The notes below the pieces were generated by a model that was given only the letters and a program-made list of their open reading frames with translations, ran no database searches and was not told the DNA's origin. Source: Trichosphaerium sp. ATCC 40318 (taxonomy: Eukaryota > Protista > Tubulinea). From it: 64,000 nucleotides of DNA. How positions within the stretch are numbered: position 1 is the first letter of the stretch; each line of letters opens with the position of its first letter. Below, in pieces: positions 51,934 to 64,000 of this stretch. The position numbers were made by a program, and so were the translations under genes. Location of the stretch: assembly GCA_038496445.1 (NCBI GenBank), contig JALMLS010000577.1, positions 1,116,001-1,180,000 on the forward strand. The letters run 5' to 3'.

Positions 51934-53020
51934 ATGTTACGCTCTAGTATAATCTGTATTTTGCTTGTATGCGTCGCATCGAAGCTTATTCCTACACCAA
52001 TGGGTATGTGGCCAGAAAAATGCGTCTTCGAAGTACCAAGTGGCTCTACTATTAAAGAGGTACGTGTACTTTGACAAAAACGGCAAATTAGGTTTAATGC
52101 TCACCTCTATTTTTTCTAATTGTTGTAAAGACAGACTATGGCGTTGAGGTTCATCACGTGGAAGGAAGAATGACGTTCATACCTACAGATCAAGATTGCT
52201 TAGATCACCTTGAAATGTACAATGAATATCGTAACCAGTCAAGAAGAAGTGTGGAACAATTCAAGGATGGATGGTTAGATAATGTCGGTTTTACTCCGCC
52301 AGCACGTGCGCTTTTTTTTTCACAAACAAATTTCGCACCTCACCGAACTTTTTTGAACAGAGATTGTTCACTTTAGTGGTAACTACAATGTCCCTCCTGC
52401 TCCAAAGAACAGTGGCCAGACTTTGTTTTATTTTATTGGTATTGAGAGTTTCACTCCTTTGACTATTCTACAACCTGTATTAACTTTCGAATCTGGTGCA
52501 TGGTCTATCAGATCATGGAATTGTTGCCCAAAAGGCACGTAAACACGTGTTCATCTATTGTTTTTCTGTGGTTTACACGACAGATAGGACAAGTTCATAA
52601 CTCTGGACCTCTTTCATTGAGCGCTGGTGATAGTATCTACGGTGAAATCAGAAAGGATCCTGCTGGCACTTATACAGTTGTATCAACTCACGCTGGCAAA
52701 TCTGTCGATCTCACCATTAAGCCTCTTGGTACATACACTTGGGCTGACGTTACTCTTGAAGTACGATAAATCGTTTTAGTTCGTTTACAACTTGAGTTCT
52801 CTTCGTTTCGAACAAAATTATAATGTCGGTCTAGGTGTACACTATTAGTGAGTGCGACGACTTCTCTAGTGGAGCTGTAACATTCTCAAATATGACAATG
52901 TCAGATGAGAATGGTCGCGTAACACCACAATGGAAACCAACAACACCTTCATCAACTGAATGTGGTGGACAGCTAAAAGTAATTGACCCAGCTACTGTTT
53001 CAATCTCTCATAAGCCTTGA
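51934..53020 (+). CDS. Secreted glutamic peptidase G1 (eqolisin)-like protein, multi-exon
   Basis: Signal peptide, pro-region TPMGMWPEKCVFEVPSG, and FSGNYNVPPAP, LFYFIG, ILQPVL (Gln) and VTLEVY (Glu). Confidence 0.6.
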
Positions 53021-53505
53021 AAAGTTTATCAATAAATACCTACACTCTACATCAGCCAATGCTTTGATAGACTCTTCGTTATATCAGGTGATCTACATTG
53101 TTAAAAATCGTCCTTATTGATGCTGACGAGGTGACGTTGCGTCATACTTAAATAAGTCAATGTGCAATAATGGCTCGTAGATAAAATCCTTTTCCGGTCT
53201 CCATTCAAGTTATAGTACCACTTTGCCTTACGCCACTCTCCGAACCAGGACAAAAGGTTGACTATACGGTTAGCATCGTGCCAATGGTAAACACTAGTAT
53301 AACAGAAGAACTAAATAAAATTACAGTTGCAATGATTGTTTATTACTTTCTGTAGCTTATTATTACAAGATACCTTTTAAACCCAAAAAAATGACAGAGC
53401 ACAAACACCATCAACAAGTGTAACATGAACGTGAGGGTTTTTGTTCCAACAACAAAAAACAATGTCGAAGAAAAAACGAAGGAATCATCATCTTGAACTT
53501 GTGAT

Positions 53506-56073
53506 TCAATTAGGACTCCAAACAAATCCTTTTGCAACATCACGTGCTACTGAATCCTTTGTGAGACTTTTTAGATGACTCAGAGAGTCCCTTGTTACTA
53601 TCTTTTTGCTCTCAGAAACAGCAATAACTTCAGGCGGCTTTTGAAAGTCCTCATCGACTTCATCAGGGCTAAGTGAAATATTTTTTGGACTTGTTTGTCT
53701 TCCAAACCATGAGCTTAAGTTTTTCTTTGTAGTTGTAGGCGGTCTGTGTCCTCCTATACTTGAAAGTGATATATTACGTGCATCAGGTGTAACAGCTTCA
53801 TATTCTAAAGTAAACTTAAGGAAAAGGATAAATTCTACACTAAGGAGGAAAGACTAAAGAAGGAAAAAATTTTGAACACTTTTTTTTTGGTCAAACAGCT
53901 GTTTGTTGCTTTGTTGCAAGTCTCGCTTAAATTGGCAACTCGTCAAAAAATATCGCAAACCAGTCTCAGTAGCGAAAAGATACATTTCTGAGATGACTGA
54001 TGAATATTACCTTTTTGGAAGTTTGTTAGAATCTTTTTCCGTTTCATTCTAGCTGTCTTTGATCCATCATTTTTACTTGATGCTGACATTGTAATAAACT
54101 CAGCAGCTGCACTGATGGAAATGATATGGAATCTAAATATGGACAAAATGAGTATTTGTAAGACCATCTTTAAAGATGGTTTGGTGTTTGTCAATGACGT
54201 ACCCCATTTCAGACATTGAAATATCTGTAAATATACAATTTTTCATGATAAACAAATGTGTATGGAGGTTTGGTACATTCGTTTTAATCACTATAAATAC
54301 CAATATAGGTAACAAGTCATCAGTTGTAATAGCCACATCTCCTAATAAGAGTGGTTGGAATAAAAAACAGGCTGAAAAAAAAAATGTTGCGTTGCTTGGA
54401 AAAAAAGCTTCAAGTGACGAGTTGAAGACCTCACAATTCTTCGCTCGTACCTTTTGCGTTTTGCTCTATAGTTTCATTAATAGCTTCTATAGCTTTTTGT
54501 AGAAAATGAATTTTTTCTAATGGTGTTTTACTTTGTGCTATCTTTTCCATAGCACGTTGACTAGATTTATACTCAAATTGAAGATTTCCGCTTATTCCTA
54601 CTCTCAATGTCAGTCATGAATTCATCTAACACCGTATACATGTAGTATAATATATCTTTTATACAAACACCAACAATAAGGAGCACAGTTTGCTGTGGGG
54701 CGCTCGCAAAATACTTTCCAAAAAAAATTATCGTACCTAGATCTTGTTGAGATTTTCTCTGCATTTCCTGCACAGCATAAGATAGTTCACCATCTTTTTT
54801 TTGTAATATTCTGCACAAGGAACCAAATAACTTATCATAAATACCACCAATCATATAACTAATAACGAAGTCAATAGGAATAAAAAAAGTCCACTGAACA
54901 TAATAAAAAAAAAACGTGATCACGTGGTTCTCGTTTTTATTCCGTAATCCTTTGACACTTTACATACCTCTCTATTATTAATTCTATTGCTGTCAACTGT
55001 TTAGCATTATCCTATAAAAATTGTACTATAAGTACATAGCTCCGCTTTGATCTCTTAATGAAAAATGCGACAAATAAAACGAATAAATGACCAAGAACAG
55101 CAAGCGAAAAACTAACTTCTGGAGTGCTCCGGAAACAATATTCCTCTTCAAATTCTTAACTATGAATTAAAGCTTACCTGTAGGTTCCTAAAATCAATAT
55201 TTGCGCATAGTAATTGCTAAAAAAACGTGTTAAAAGAAAGAACAACATCTTAAATGTAAATGTAAAGTTCTGTTTAAAATACTTACTTCTACAGCATCCT
55301 CACACATTGCTTTAACTTTTTCAACAACATATGTCTCATATCCGCTTACTTCTGGTATAAGGTACGTCGTATTAAACTCGTCAATATGTTGATCAAATTT
55401 TTTTAATACAAGCTCATTCTCAGGGTAAGCTTTTAGTAGTGTACAGCACCTATTTGACAATTAAATTAAGTGATGACAGGAGAGAGAAATTTTTTTTTGT
55501 AAAAATGGAGTTTTGACTTTGGAAAAAAGTTTTTTGGCACGTTTTGGCGATAAATATGTTTAAAATAGGATTATTTAGCGTAATGTTGTTAGTTGTGTCT
55601 AAATGCGTACTCTGATAATGTTTGTATTGACGTTATTTGGCTTAGTTTTGTTTTTTGTGGCTCAGAGCCACCTTCTAGAGCCCTGTCAAGAAGAAGCACG
55701 CGAAATGATTTATACTCTTCGTTATAAAATAACTCCTCAATAATTATTGTGGCTGTTCTCTTTTGCGCGTATCCTGCACGAAGTGAGTATTGATAGCTTA
55801 CAAACTACAAAAAGAACCTGTTCTAGTCTGTATTTCATTTTCCTTTATGCCTACCACCCTGGAGGGATCATAAGCGCCCATAAATATTCCGTCAAAGTTT
55901 GTTGGTTTTAGAACATGGCATTTAACAACTGATTCTGTGATAGCTTGCCCATTAAACGAATCATTCGTTGGTACAGCCAATAACCAACAGTTTTTTGATA
56001 CATCTTGATAAATGGACAAATACTCGTTCTTTACGGCAAGAAAAAACTTGTTTGAGTACAGATCCTCCGCCAT
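53506..56073 (-). CDS. VPS9-domain Rab GEF with a VARP/ANKRD27-like N-terminus, multi-exon; 3' end approximate
   Basis: EDLYSNKFF...LAVP...IEELFYNEEYKSFRVL, plus VPS9 motifs AITTDDLLPILVFIVIK...SEMGY. Confidence 0.8.
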
Positions 56074-56201
56074 TAGGCTCGCACAAGGATTTACACGCTC
56101 TAATAAAATCTTTTTTTTTTTATTTATTCCGCTTTTTCAACGCACTTCTTGTATTGTTGAACAGCTGCCCAACCGCGCCTGCCACATAACTGCTTGTATC
56201 A

Positions 56202-57634
56202 ATGGTAATACTTCTTCGCCTGAAAAGTTAATATTAACTAAAATCATAGCTCACTCTCGAAAAACGAGTCGAAAATGCTCACGCTGACGAGCTATGGTCT
56301 GTTTGCGTTTGCAAAGATGGCGTACTAACAGGTTCAGAACAATTTCGTGCCAATAGTCCCAACAATCACTTTAGGCGGACTAGATGGTAAATTAAAGAAG
56401 TGGAGCAGCGAATTGGAGCTGGTATCAACCGCCACAGCTTCAAGCCTTGGTGTACTTGATATATCACTTGCTGGTGACAGTACGCACAATGACGTTAAAT
56501 TAAACGCTAAACGCGCAACGCGCGTTTTGTTTTAAAACCAAAACATGTCAAAAACATCAGTTGCCACTCAAAATCACGCTCCTAACACGCAGTAGATATC
56601 ATTACCGCAAGTATGGACGGTAGAATGTCTGTATGGTCATCAGAGGACTTATCGCTTGTTTCAACAGTAGAAACAGATGGTATTGATACTTGGGCGCTAT
56701 CGGTATGTCCACCAAAACCAAATATAGTCGCTACAACAGGTCATTCCGGTGGTATTGACATTTGGGACGTTGAGATCGGGAAGAAAGAGCAAGCCATAAA
56801 AGTTGATGCTAAAACAAAGTTTATAATGACAATAGCATATGTACGTACCGTAAACTGCCTCAACGAAAAGTTCTAGGCAGTACTGATTTATTCATCGCCC
56901 TGTGACTGTTTGAAATGATTCAATGAATTTTTGACATGGTTTTTTTTTTTTGATTGTTTGTTGTAGTCACCAAATGGTGTTTTGTTGGCTGTTGGATCAA
57001 CAGACGGAAGAATATCCATTTTTGATACTTCTGTAGGCAGTGAAAAGCTTGGTATAGAAGGTATATATGTGTAGTGATCTTTGTACACAACGCGATTTTA
57101 TTTATTTTAATCTGTTTTTCCTTCAAACTTTCTTGACACTCAACTCTTTTAGCACACATGAAGCCAATAAGAAAAGTTATGTTTTCTCCTGATGGAACAA
57201 AACTATATTCTGGAGCAGATGACAAATTAGTACGTAGTAGTACAACACCAAGAAAAACACCAAACATTTTTGAAATGCTAAGAGTTCGTCTAAATTTCGA
57301 AAAGGTACACATATATGACGTAGAGACTGGTAGTCTTATTGAAACATTTTCTGGAGCTGGTGGTAGCATACTAACGCTTGCACCAACGCCTAATGGAAAA
57401 CTTCTTGCAGCTGGGTACGTATTAAAAAGGAAGGTAACGAGAATCAAGCTTACTGTGTATAGCTCTGTTGATAAAAGGATTAAGCTTTGGGACTTGCGCA
57501 CAAATGAATGTATTGTAACGTTGAGTGATAGTCAAGGTGAGATATGGGATTTATCATGGACAAAAGATGGTAGACACCTTGGCGTTGCAAGTGCAGATAA
57601 ATCAGCAATGTTGTACAAGTTGCAATCCGAATAA
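56202..57634 (+). CDS. WDR61: WD40-repeat protein WDR61/Ski8, multi-exon
   Basis: ENAHADELWSV, SSLGVLDI, ASMDG, KFIMTIAYSPNG, HMKPIRKVMFSPDG...SGADDK...HIYDV. Confidence 0.8.
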
Positions 57635-57709
57635 AACAAAAAATCAAACCAAAAAAAAATGAAAAAAAAAAGCACGTGATCAATTTGGATTTTAAACGTC
57701 GTGGATCCG

Positions 57710-58442
57710 TTACCCTTCAATTTCATTGTACATATCTGGATCTACAAGAATCAAGTAAAGTGCAATTGTTTTCATGTCAGCGTATGCAAATCCATCAAAT
57801 CTGCCTATATACGTCTGTGCATTTCCATGACACTCACCAGCATTTGTCAATTCAGCTACCACATTATCTGCGTGATCTTTGATCTAATGCAAAAAAAAAT
57901 GAGGTTTAGATCATTGTGTGGTGTTTTTATTCGTACCACAGCGCGTCCTGGATCGAGTTCGCCGCATTTCTCTTCAGAGCTGTCAAGTACTACGTTAGAA
58001 CTGTTAATATAGCCCCAAAAGCTGTTGTCAGGTCCGCCAACTTCTCCAGAGTCAATGTTGATGTGTGCTGGCAAATAGCGTTAGAACAGTTTATTTCGCT
58101 CGATTTACCAAAGGTGCTTCCATAGGGATCTATACAAGCGCCATCGGTTGTAATGTAAGCACGTATGTCATTTGCCCTATCATATACGCTGATTTTTGTG
58201 TTAGAAGGCGCTTCTATTTGTGTTTTACTCGCTACAATACGTTTAGGCGAAATTGTAGAATCGGTTAATTACTTTTTTAATAACTTACCTTTGTTGCTTG
58301 TATCTTCCGTTTTTTGAGGTGCTGGTGTTGGTGCTTTTTTGATTGGTTCTTTCTTTGTTGCTTTTGGAATAAAAGACTGTTGAGGCTTAGGTGTGCCTAT
58401 AGAGGGACTCCAAGCGCCGCGAAACTTCGTTTTATCTGCCAT
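57710..58442 (-). CDS. Hypothetical protein, multi-exon
   Basis: ATG at 58442 (MADKTKFRGAWSP), GT-AG linked exons, ends DPDMYNEIEG*. Confidence 0.5.
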
Positions 58443-58604
58443 AACGAGCAGGTTTAACAAGACTTGTTTGCTTAGTCGGACAGTTTACAACTTAATACTC
58501 AACTTTTCACTTAACACACGTGATAAATTTCATACAGGCACTCAATTTCGTATTTTGATTGTTTGATTATTGCCACATAAAGTTATTTAACAACATTTGG
58601 GTGA

Positions 58605-61600
58605 TTACTGTACAGTGATATCTAATGGACTGCCAGAAATACCAGTTCCTTGAAGCTCGCAATAAAACTTATATTTACCAGGTTTATCTAAACCAATTGA
58701 CACCTAATATCTGTTTTAAGACCCCACTAGTTACCATTTACTTACACTGTATGTGCCATCGTCATTATCTGCTACCTTTACTTCCTTTCCTTCCAAACTT
58801 CCAGCTGCACCTACACGCATTTTAATACTACACATTTTGTTATGTCGAGGTTACCTGCTGCTTCAACTTCGAACGCGTCGTTACCTCTATACGTGAAATC
58901 GTTTAGAAACGCAAACTCTAGTTAATTTTACATACCTTGACAAAGCTACACCGTTGCCTTTAGCGACAATAGTGAATCCCTAGAAATTTAAAATAAGTAC
59001 TAAGCCAAATGACTTTCAAAGCACTCACAAGTTGTGTGCCAGCCTAAGAATAAAGTAAGTATACTGATTATCCTTTAGTATAACATACGCTTATTGTAGA
59101 CGAAGGACAATCAATAGTACTTGTTGTATCAGCTTTGGGTTCATATTGAACCATACCCTGCAAAAACGCATGAGTGCTACTTGACACAGGTTTGACAAAG
59201 TTCGTACAGGATTTTTTAATACGTCCACTCCTTCATGAGACAGTAGAATAAAGTATGCTAAGAGTACGTTATAATCCAATTATAAAAAAAGGAGAAAAGC
59301 GTACTTGCTGCATCGAACACTCTGAACTCTCCTTTGAAGCGAGAACCAACATCAGGACCTTTTTGAAGCTATTAAGTTATTGCTTCTAATAGCACTTTTA
59401 TACCTTTGAGCTTGCAAGGACGATTTCCAGGACCTTGGATAGTGACTGATAGATCTTTGAGGTTAACTCTTTAGCACAAGTCAGAATAAACCACGAAAAT
59501 GGATATGTATCAACAACGTACTCAAACGGTTCTCCAGTCGCTTTGTTTTTAATATTTAGATCAAAATTGCAAGGTTTGCCAAGTTTTAACGTTTCTGGCA
59601 AATTGTCAAGCTTGAATTCCATTACTTTTGGTTCATCAAATTCTAATGGATAGTTTTAGTGATGATTCAGCGCTTGTGTTGTAGTTGTACCTGGTAAGAC
59701 GAGACAAGTCTCATCAAATAATCGTTTGTCAAAAATACGTACTAAAATGACATCATTAAGCTACAAAACACTAGAATGACGTTGTAGGTACTTTGTAATT
59801 TATATGTTCCGTCAACAGGAGGTGTGTACTCAACAGCGTATTTTCCGCACTCTATTTCTCTAGCCTATAGCGTAATAAGCATCGTAGGGTGTAAATAAAG
59901 CCATCTAACTAAAACAGTAGTACGTGCTCAACTGTTCGCTAGTGCGTACGTACAGTTGCAACACACTCGCCAGGACCTTTTACAGTGCCTGTCACTCCTT
60001 TTACGGCAATACTAGCAGCTAAGGAAAAATTGTAAGTGCGGAATACACAGACACTACCTACGCTGCCCGGATTGCGATTCGACCTTTAAAAAGTACGTTA
60101 CTGGCGCGTCAGTGATTCTAACTGTTTTAGGCCTAAATAGTGTTAAAAAGCTCTCTCGCGCCGTTATTACCCATCAATGTTATAAAACACTTGTTCCGGC
60201 GCTTTTTGTGTGGTTTTTGGAATCTACGGAAACGTAAGGAAATAGAGTACTGACATACTATGAATACACCTACAAAACTCATAGTGTGACGTGCTAGCAG
60301 TATAGTTTGGTTAAAATCTGAAACTTGGGCGAAATTCACGGATAAATTCGGTAAGCCTCCTTTTGTAGTGACAAGCGTCGCAATTCTGATATTAGTAGTT
60401 TCCCATATCATCCCTAGCAGAACCTTTCTTGAGTCAACCCTTTCTATAGTATCGTAGCCCAAATGGTATAACCTAATGTTACAAGGCCAGAGCGTTCAGG
60501 AATAGAAACCAAGAACAACTAGTCGAAAAATCACCTTTATTGACTTACTCAGTCGCATACTGACAATAAAATTGAGTAATTTGTAATCAGTTCTACTGTA
60601 AACAAACAGTTTACACAATAGAGGATCCAAACAACTTTGAGAGAAGTTTCTTGGTCGTCAAATCCTCCCTTGTTTTCAATTAGTATTAGGATCATTTGAA
60701 GTAGTAGCAATAAGATCTAACGTACAAACTATGCGCTTGGTATTCGGCTTGAAGCTGTAAATACGTCTTACAATACTTGTATAAAACAGGTCTTGCTTGA
60801 CTGGCACGTGCCCTATTCGAAAGGTTAAGTATTATTTTCAGAATAATTTTTCTGTTAGGTTTTAAGGTACCTGTGCAACGGTTTTACTTCAGGACCAACC
60901 CATCCAATCAACAAGTACTTGTATTCCTTAAAATTGACTTCTTCAAACATGACACCCATAATGACAAAATTAACCTCACCAGGCTTTAAGAGTTCCTTGA
61001 TTTCCTCAACAGGACCAGTTCCTGTCGCTACAATATCTAACGCCGTAGCACCTAAAAATAACCTTAGATATATAATTTACATTAATGTGACGTACCTTGG
61101 TATCCAAGTACAACATAGGACGTTTCTTTCTTGTCATCAATGAGATCCTTAAAACGAACTTTAGGGAGTTTTTTTGGGTTGGATTCGACTTACTTTGAGG
61201 GATTGTACTACAGCAGGTTCATCAACGAATTTCACTTTTTCCTTTGTTGGCGCACTACGAACCATTGTTTTTCTTGTAGACTTGGATCCCTGTACAACGA
61301 TAAGAATAACACCATATTTCACATACTCTACCTCTTCTAAGATTTTGGATCCTACAAGCTTTTTCTTAATTAATTCCTCGCTCAACTCTCCTGGTTCTAG
61401 TACTTGCATCTCACCTGTGAGTTGCACGTGGATCTAATAAGGTAGGAATTAGTACTAATTGGAGCCAGTAATACTCAAAGATACGCACGTTCGTGAAATT
61501 GTAAAGGATAACACGATGTTGAGAAGATAATGCTTTTTTCGCTGGTTTTACTGCAGTACCAACCCATGTAATGAATGCTAACTTTGTCATAGAATATGCC

Positions 61601-63382
61601 CCATCATTGTAAATAACACCCAACAATACATAATTTACTTGATCATCAGCCAACTTGTCACGGAAAGCCTTGAAATAAAATTAAATTACTTGTAATAAAA
61701 ACAACCCAAAAAAAACATACTTCTATTCCGCCTTCACCCTGAGTCACAATTTCTAGTGTCTTGCCATCCTTGTAGCCCAAAACAATGTGTTGTAGTTTAC
61801 GGTCCCTGACCAATTTCAAGCTTTCAACGTATGCTGCTTCATCCTTTGTCACGTGGTCAGAACATCAGGAAAACCATATTTCGTCATTTTCTGTACTTAC
61901 CTCTAGCGGAGTTTGAAGTTTTTCGGCTTTTTTTGCACGGAACTGATATGGTGATCCAGTTTTACCAATATTTTCTGGTGCCAGAGTATTGGTTGCCTTA
62001 GCTTTCGGTGCGGAAGGCGCTTTTTATACGTAAGGATACGATATTAGAACCTTGGAACTTGCCTTTTACGTTCTGTTGATTTTTACCAATCAATTTGGCA
62101 TACAAAGCATCAAGCGTAAGTTCTTGCCTGCTCAATGCAGAGAATTCACCGTGAGGTTGTAGGAAGTCGTTAATATGAACGTATAGCTTGACCCTATATC
62201 ACCATTAAATAATACTTAATGGCAGACAACACTAACCTATGCTGACTTGATCTTGCTTTATGGGAAGCAGGTACTTTTTCTCCAATAAATGTGACGAAAA
62301 TGTAGCGAACTTGAGTTCTTACACCGCCAGCCTCTTCCATGTTTAATCCTAACACACAGTAGCTCACTTTATCATCAGCTATCTTGGCTTCAAAAGCTTC
62401 ATAACCGCCAGATCCTGACTCTAAGAAATGAATAGCTTGTCTGTCTTCCTGGTAACCAGCTAGAACGTAATTGACGTCACTCTTATCATCCCTAATAGTG
62501 CTTTAGTGTAAGATTTACGTGAGAGTCTACCTTAGTGTTTTTAACGCTGCATCAAAGTCTGCCTGATTAGCTATTTTGTACTCCTCTGTTCCTTTCTGAA
62601 GAGATTTTTGGACTGTGTGGGTTCGCTTAACAGGCTTTCTGTGGAGTTTGGAGCCAGTAATTTTTTCTAATATTGCGTCTTCTGTCATTGAAGCAATGTC
62701 AAAAACTTGCATCTCTGCTTGAAGTTGCAAGAAAGGCTTCTAAGTCAAGGAAATGCACTAAAAAATCCAGTAGACAAACGAACAAAAAAAATTTAGGATA
62801 CAGAACTAACAAAGTTGTATACTGCTACACGATGTTGAGTACTTCGCGCTTTGGCCATAGGTCTTGCTCTAGGACCAATCCATGAAATGAACACATACTT
62901 GAGCGTTGAAAACTTTTCTTCTTGGATGATGTATCCAATCAAGATAAACAACAACTAAAACGCGTTTTAGCTGTTCAAAAATGAAATAATAAAAAAAAAA
63001 GACATTGTCACGTGATGACGCAGTAAACGAAGCGTACATTCTTTTCCCCGCAGTATTGATGGATTTCTTCGATACCACCTACAGTTGAAATAAACAAAAA
63101 CGAAAAAAATGACAGTTTAAGCATAAATCACGTGACTATACACGTGTTGCGCTTATACGAGCGTACCTGAGCCTTTGTGTAGCAAAGAGACTTTTTTATC
63201 GTTGCCTTTGTAACCGAGAACGACATAATTGGTTTCAGTGCCTAAAAACGTTGATGTAAGAGTACCGAATAAAGCGAGCTATCGATGAACATACTTTCGT
63301 TACGCAAGTCAGCCATAGCCGCTTCTGTTCCATCTACGTCAGTAAACAGTAGTGAGGGATTTTCAAGAAGTGGTGCGCTCAT
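58605..63382 (-). CDS. Actin-binding protein with four coactosin-like ADF-H domains followed by filamin-type Ig repeats, many exons
   Basis: Repeated NYVxxGY...GxGG...FxxWxG...SxQHR units. C-terminal VKGPG, GKYAVEYTPPVDGTY and ISGSPLDITVQ*. Confidence 0.8.
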
Positions 63383-64000
63383 GGTTAATGTTCGTGGTTG
63401 TTTGTAAGAGACGTGAGTAGAAGATCACAAGTGCGAGAAAGAAAGCAAGAAAAACTTGCTTCTTGAAAACTTGCCAGGGCATCTACGACTTGTAGTGTTG
63501 CGAACCATTATTGTATACTGCGAGACAACTACTCACGAACCGGATGCGCCAGCTCGTTTCAAGCGAATAGTTGTCTAGTACAAAAAAGAGATCCCAGCAA
63601 CGTTGGGTCGGTAAAGCACGTAGCGTGTCGGAGGTGTGCGTAAAAACACGTAAAAACAGGCAAAAACGGTAGCTCACGTAAATTGGGTCATTTGATTAAT
63701 ATTTTAAAGGCTTTTTCTATTCTAATTTAGACCTTAGGGCGTGCGGGAGATATAAACGACAAATATAAGTACGTACTCCTAAACTTACTACTAAATTAGA
63801 ACTCACTCCAAACTATGTTGCTACGCGTAGTGAGCTTCATCATAGTACCGAAATAGATTTCGGGGAGTTGGGAAAAAGTATTACCGCAGCGGAATACGTG
63901 GGAACGGACCCGTCAGGAAAACGAAAGTACGACTGAGCGAGTTTGAAGTGTTTAAAATCATTTGGCCAAATACGAACAACAATTAAAAACACTAGGAGTG

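Overview
AT-rich eukaryotic (protist, probably amoebozoan-like) DNA with dense genes and short GT-AG introns. Recognisable host genes: homoisocitrate dehydrogenase, UBC13, a BTB protein, MCEE, KRR1, two F-box proteins, a kinase-RasGEF fusion, BORCS8-like, PHPT1-like, a G1 glutamic peptidase-like protein, a VARP-like VPS9 protein, WDR61/SKI8 and a 4xADF-H+filamin protein. The main finding is one 9.6-kb composite element (36067-45703, minus strand) bounded by a shared 5-bp core (TACTA) and inserted at the 3' splice site of a secreted RTX-repeat/lamin-tail gene. It holds a DIRS-type tyrosine-recombinase retrotransposon (gag, RT/RNaseH/methyltransferase-like, YR), interrupted by two non-autonomous TIR elements whose removal restores both overlapping frames. 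Upstream of gag sits a cassette bracketed by identical 132-bp direct repeats, containing a spliced His-Cys-box endonuclease gene and a ~53-bp-phased array of TAAG-N8-CTTA dyad sites with variable 8-nt spacers. The element has no canonical DIRS/Ngaro/PAT terminal repeats, and the YR stop codon lies in the junction core. Protein family calls come from motif recognition by eye, not database searches, and exon boundaries were read by hand.
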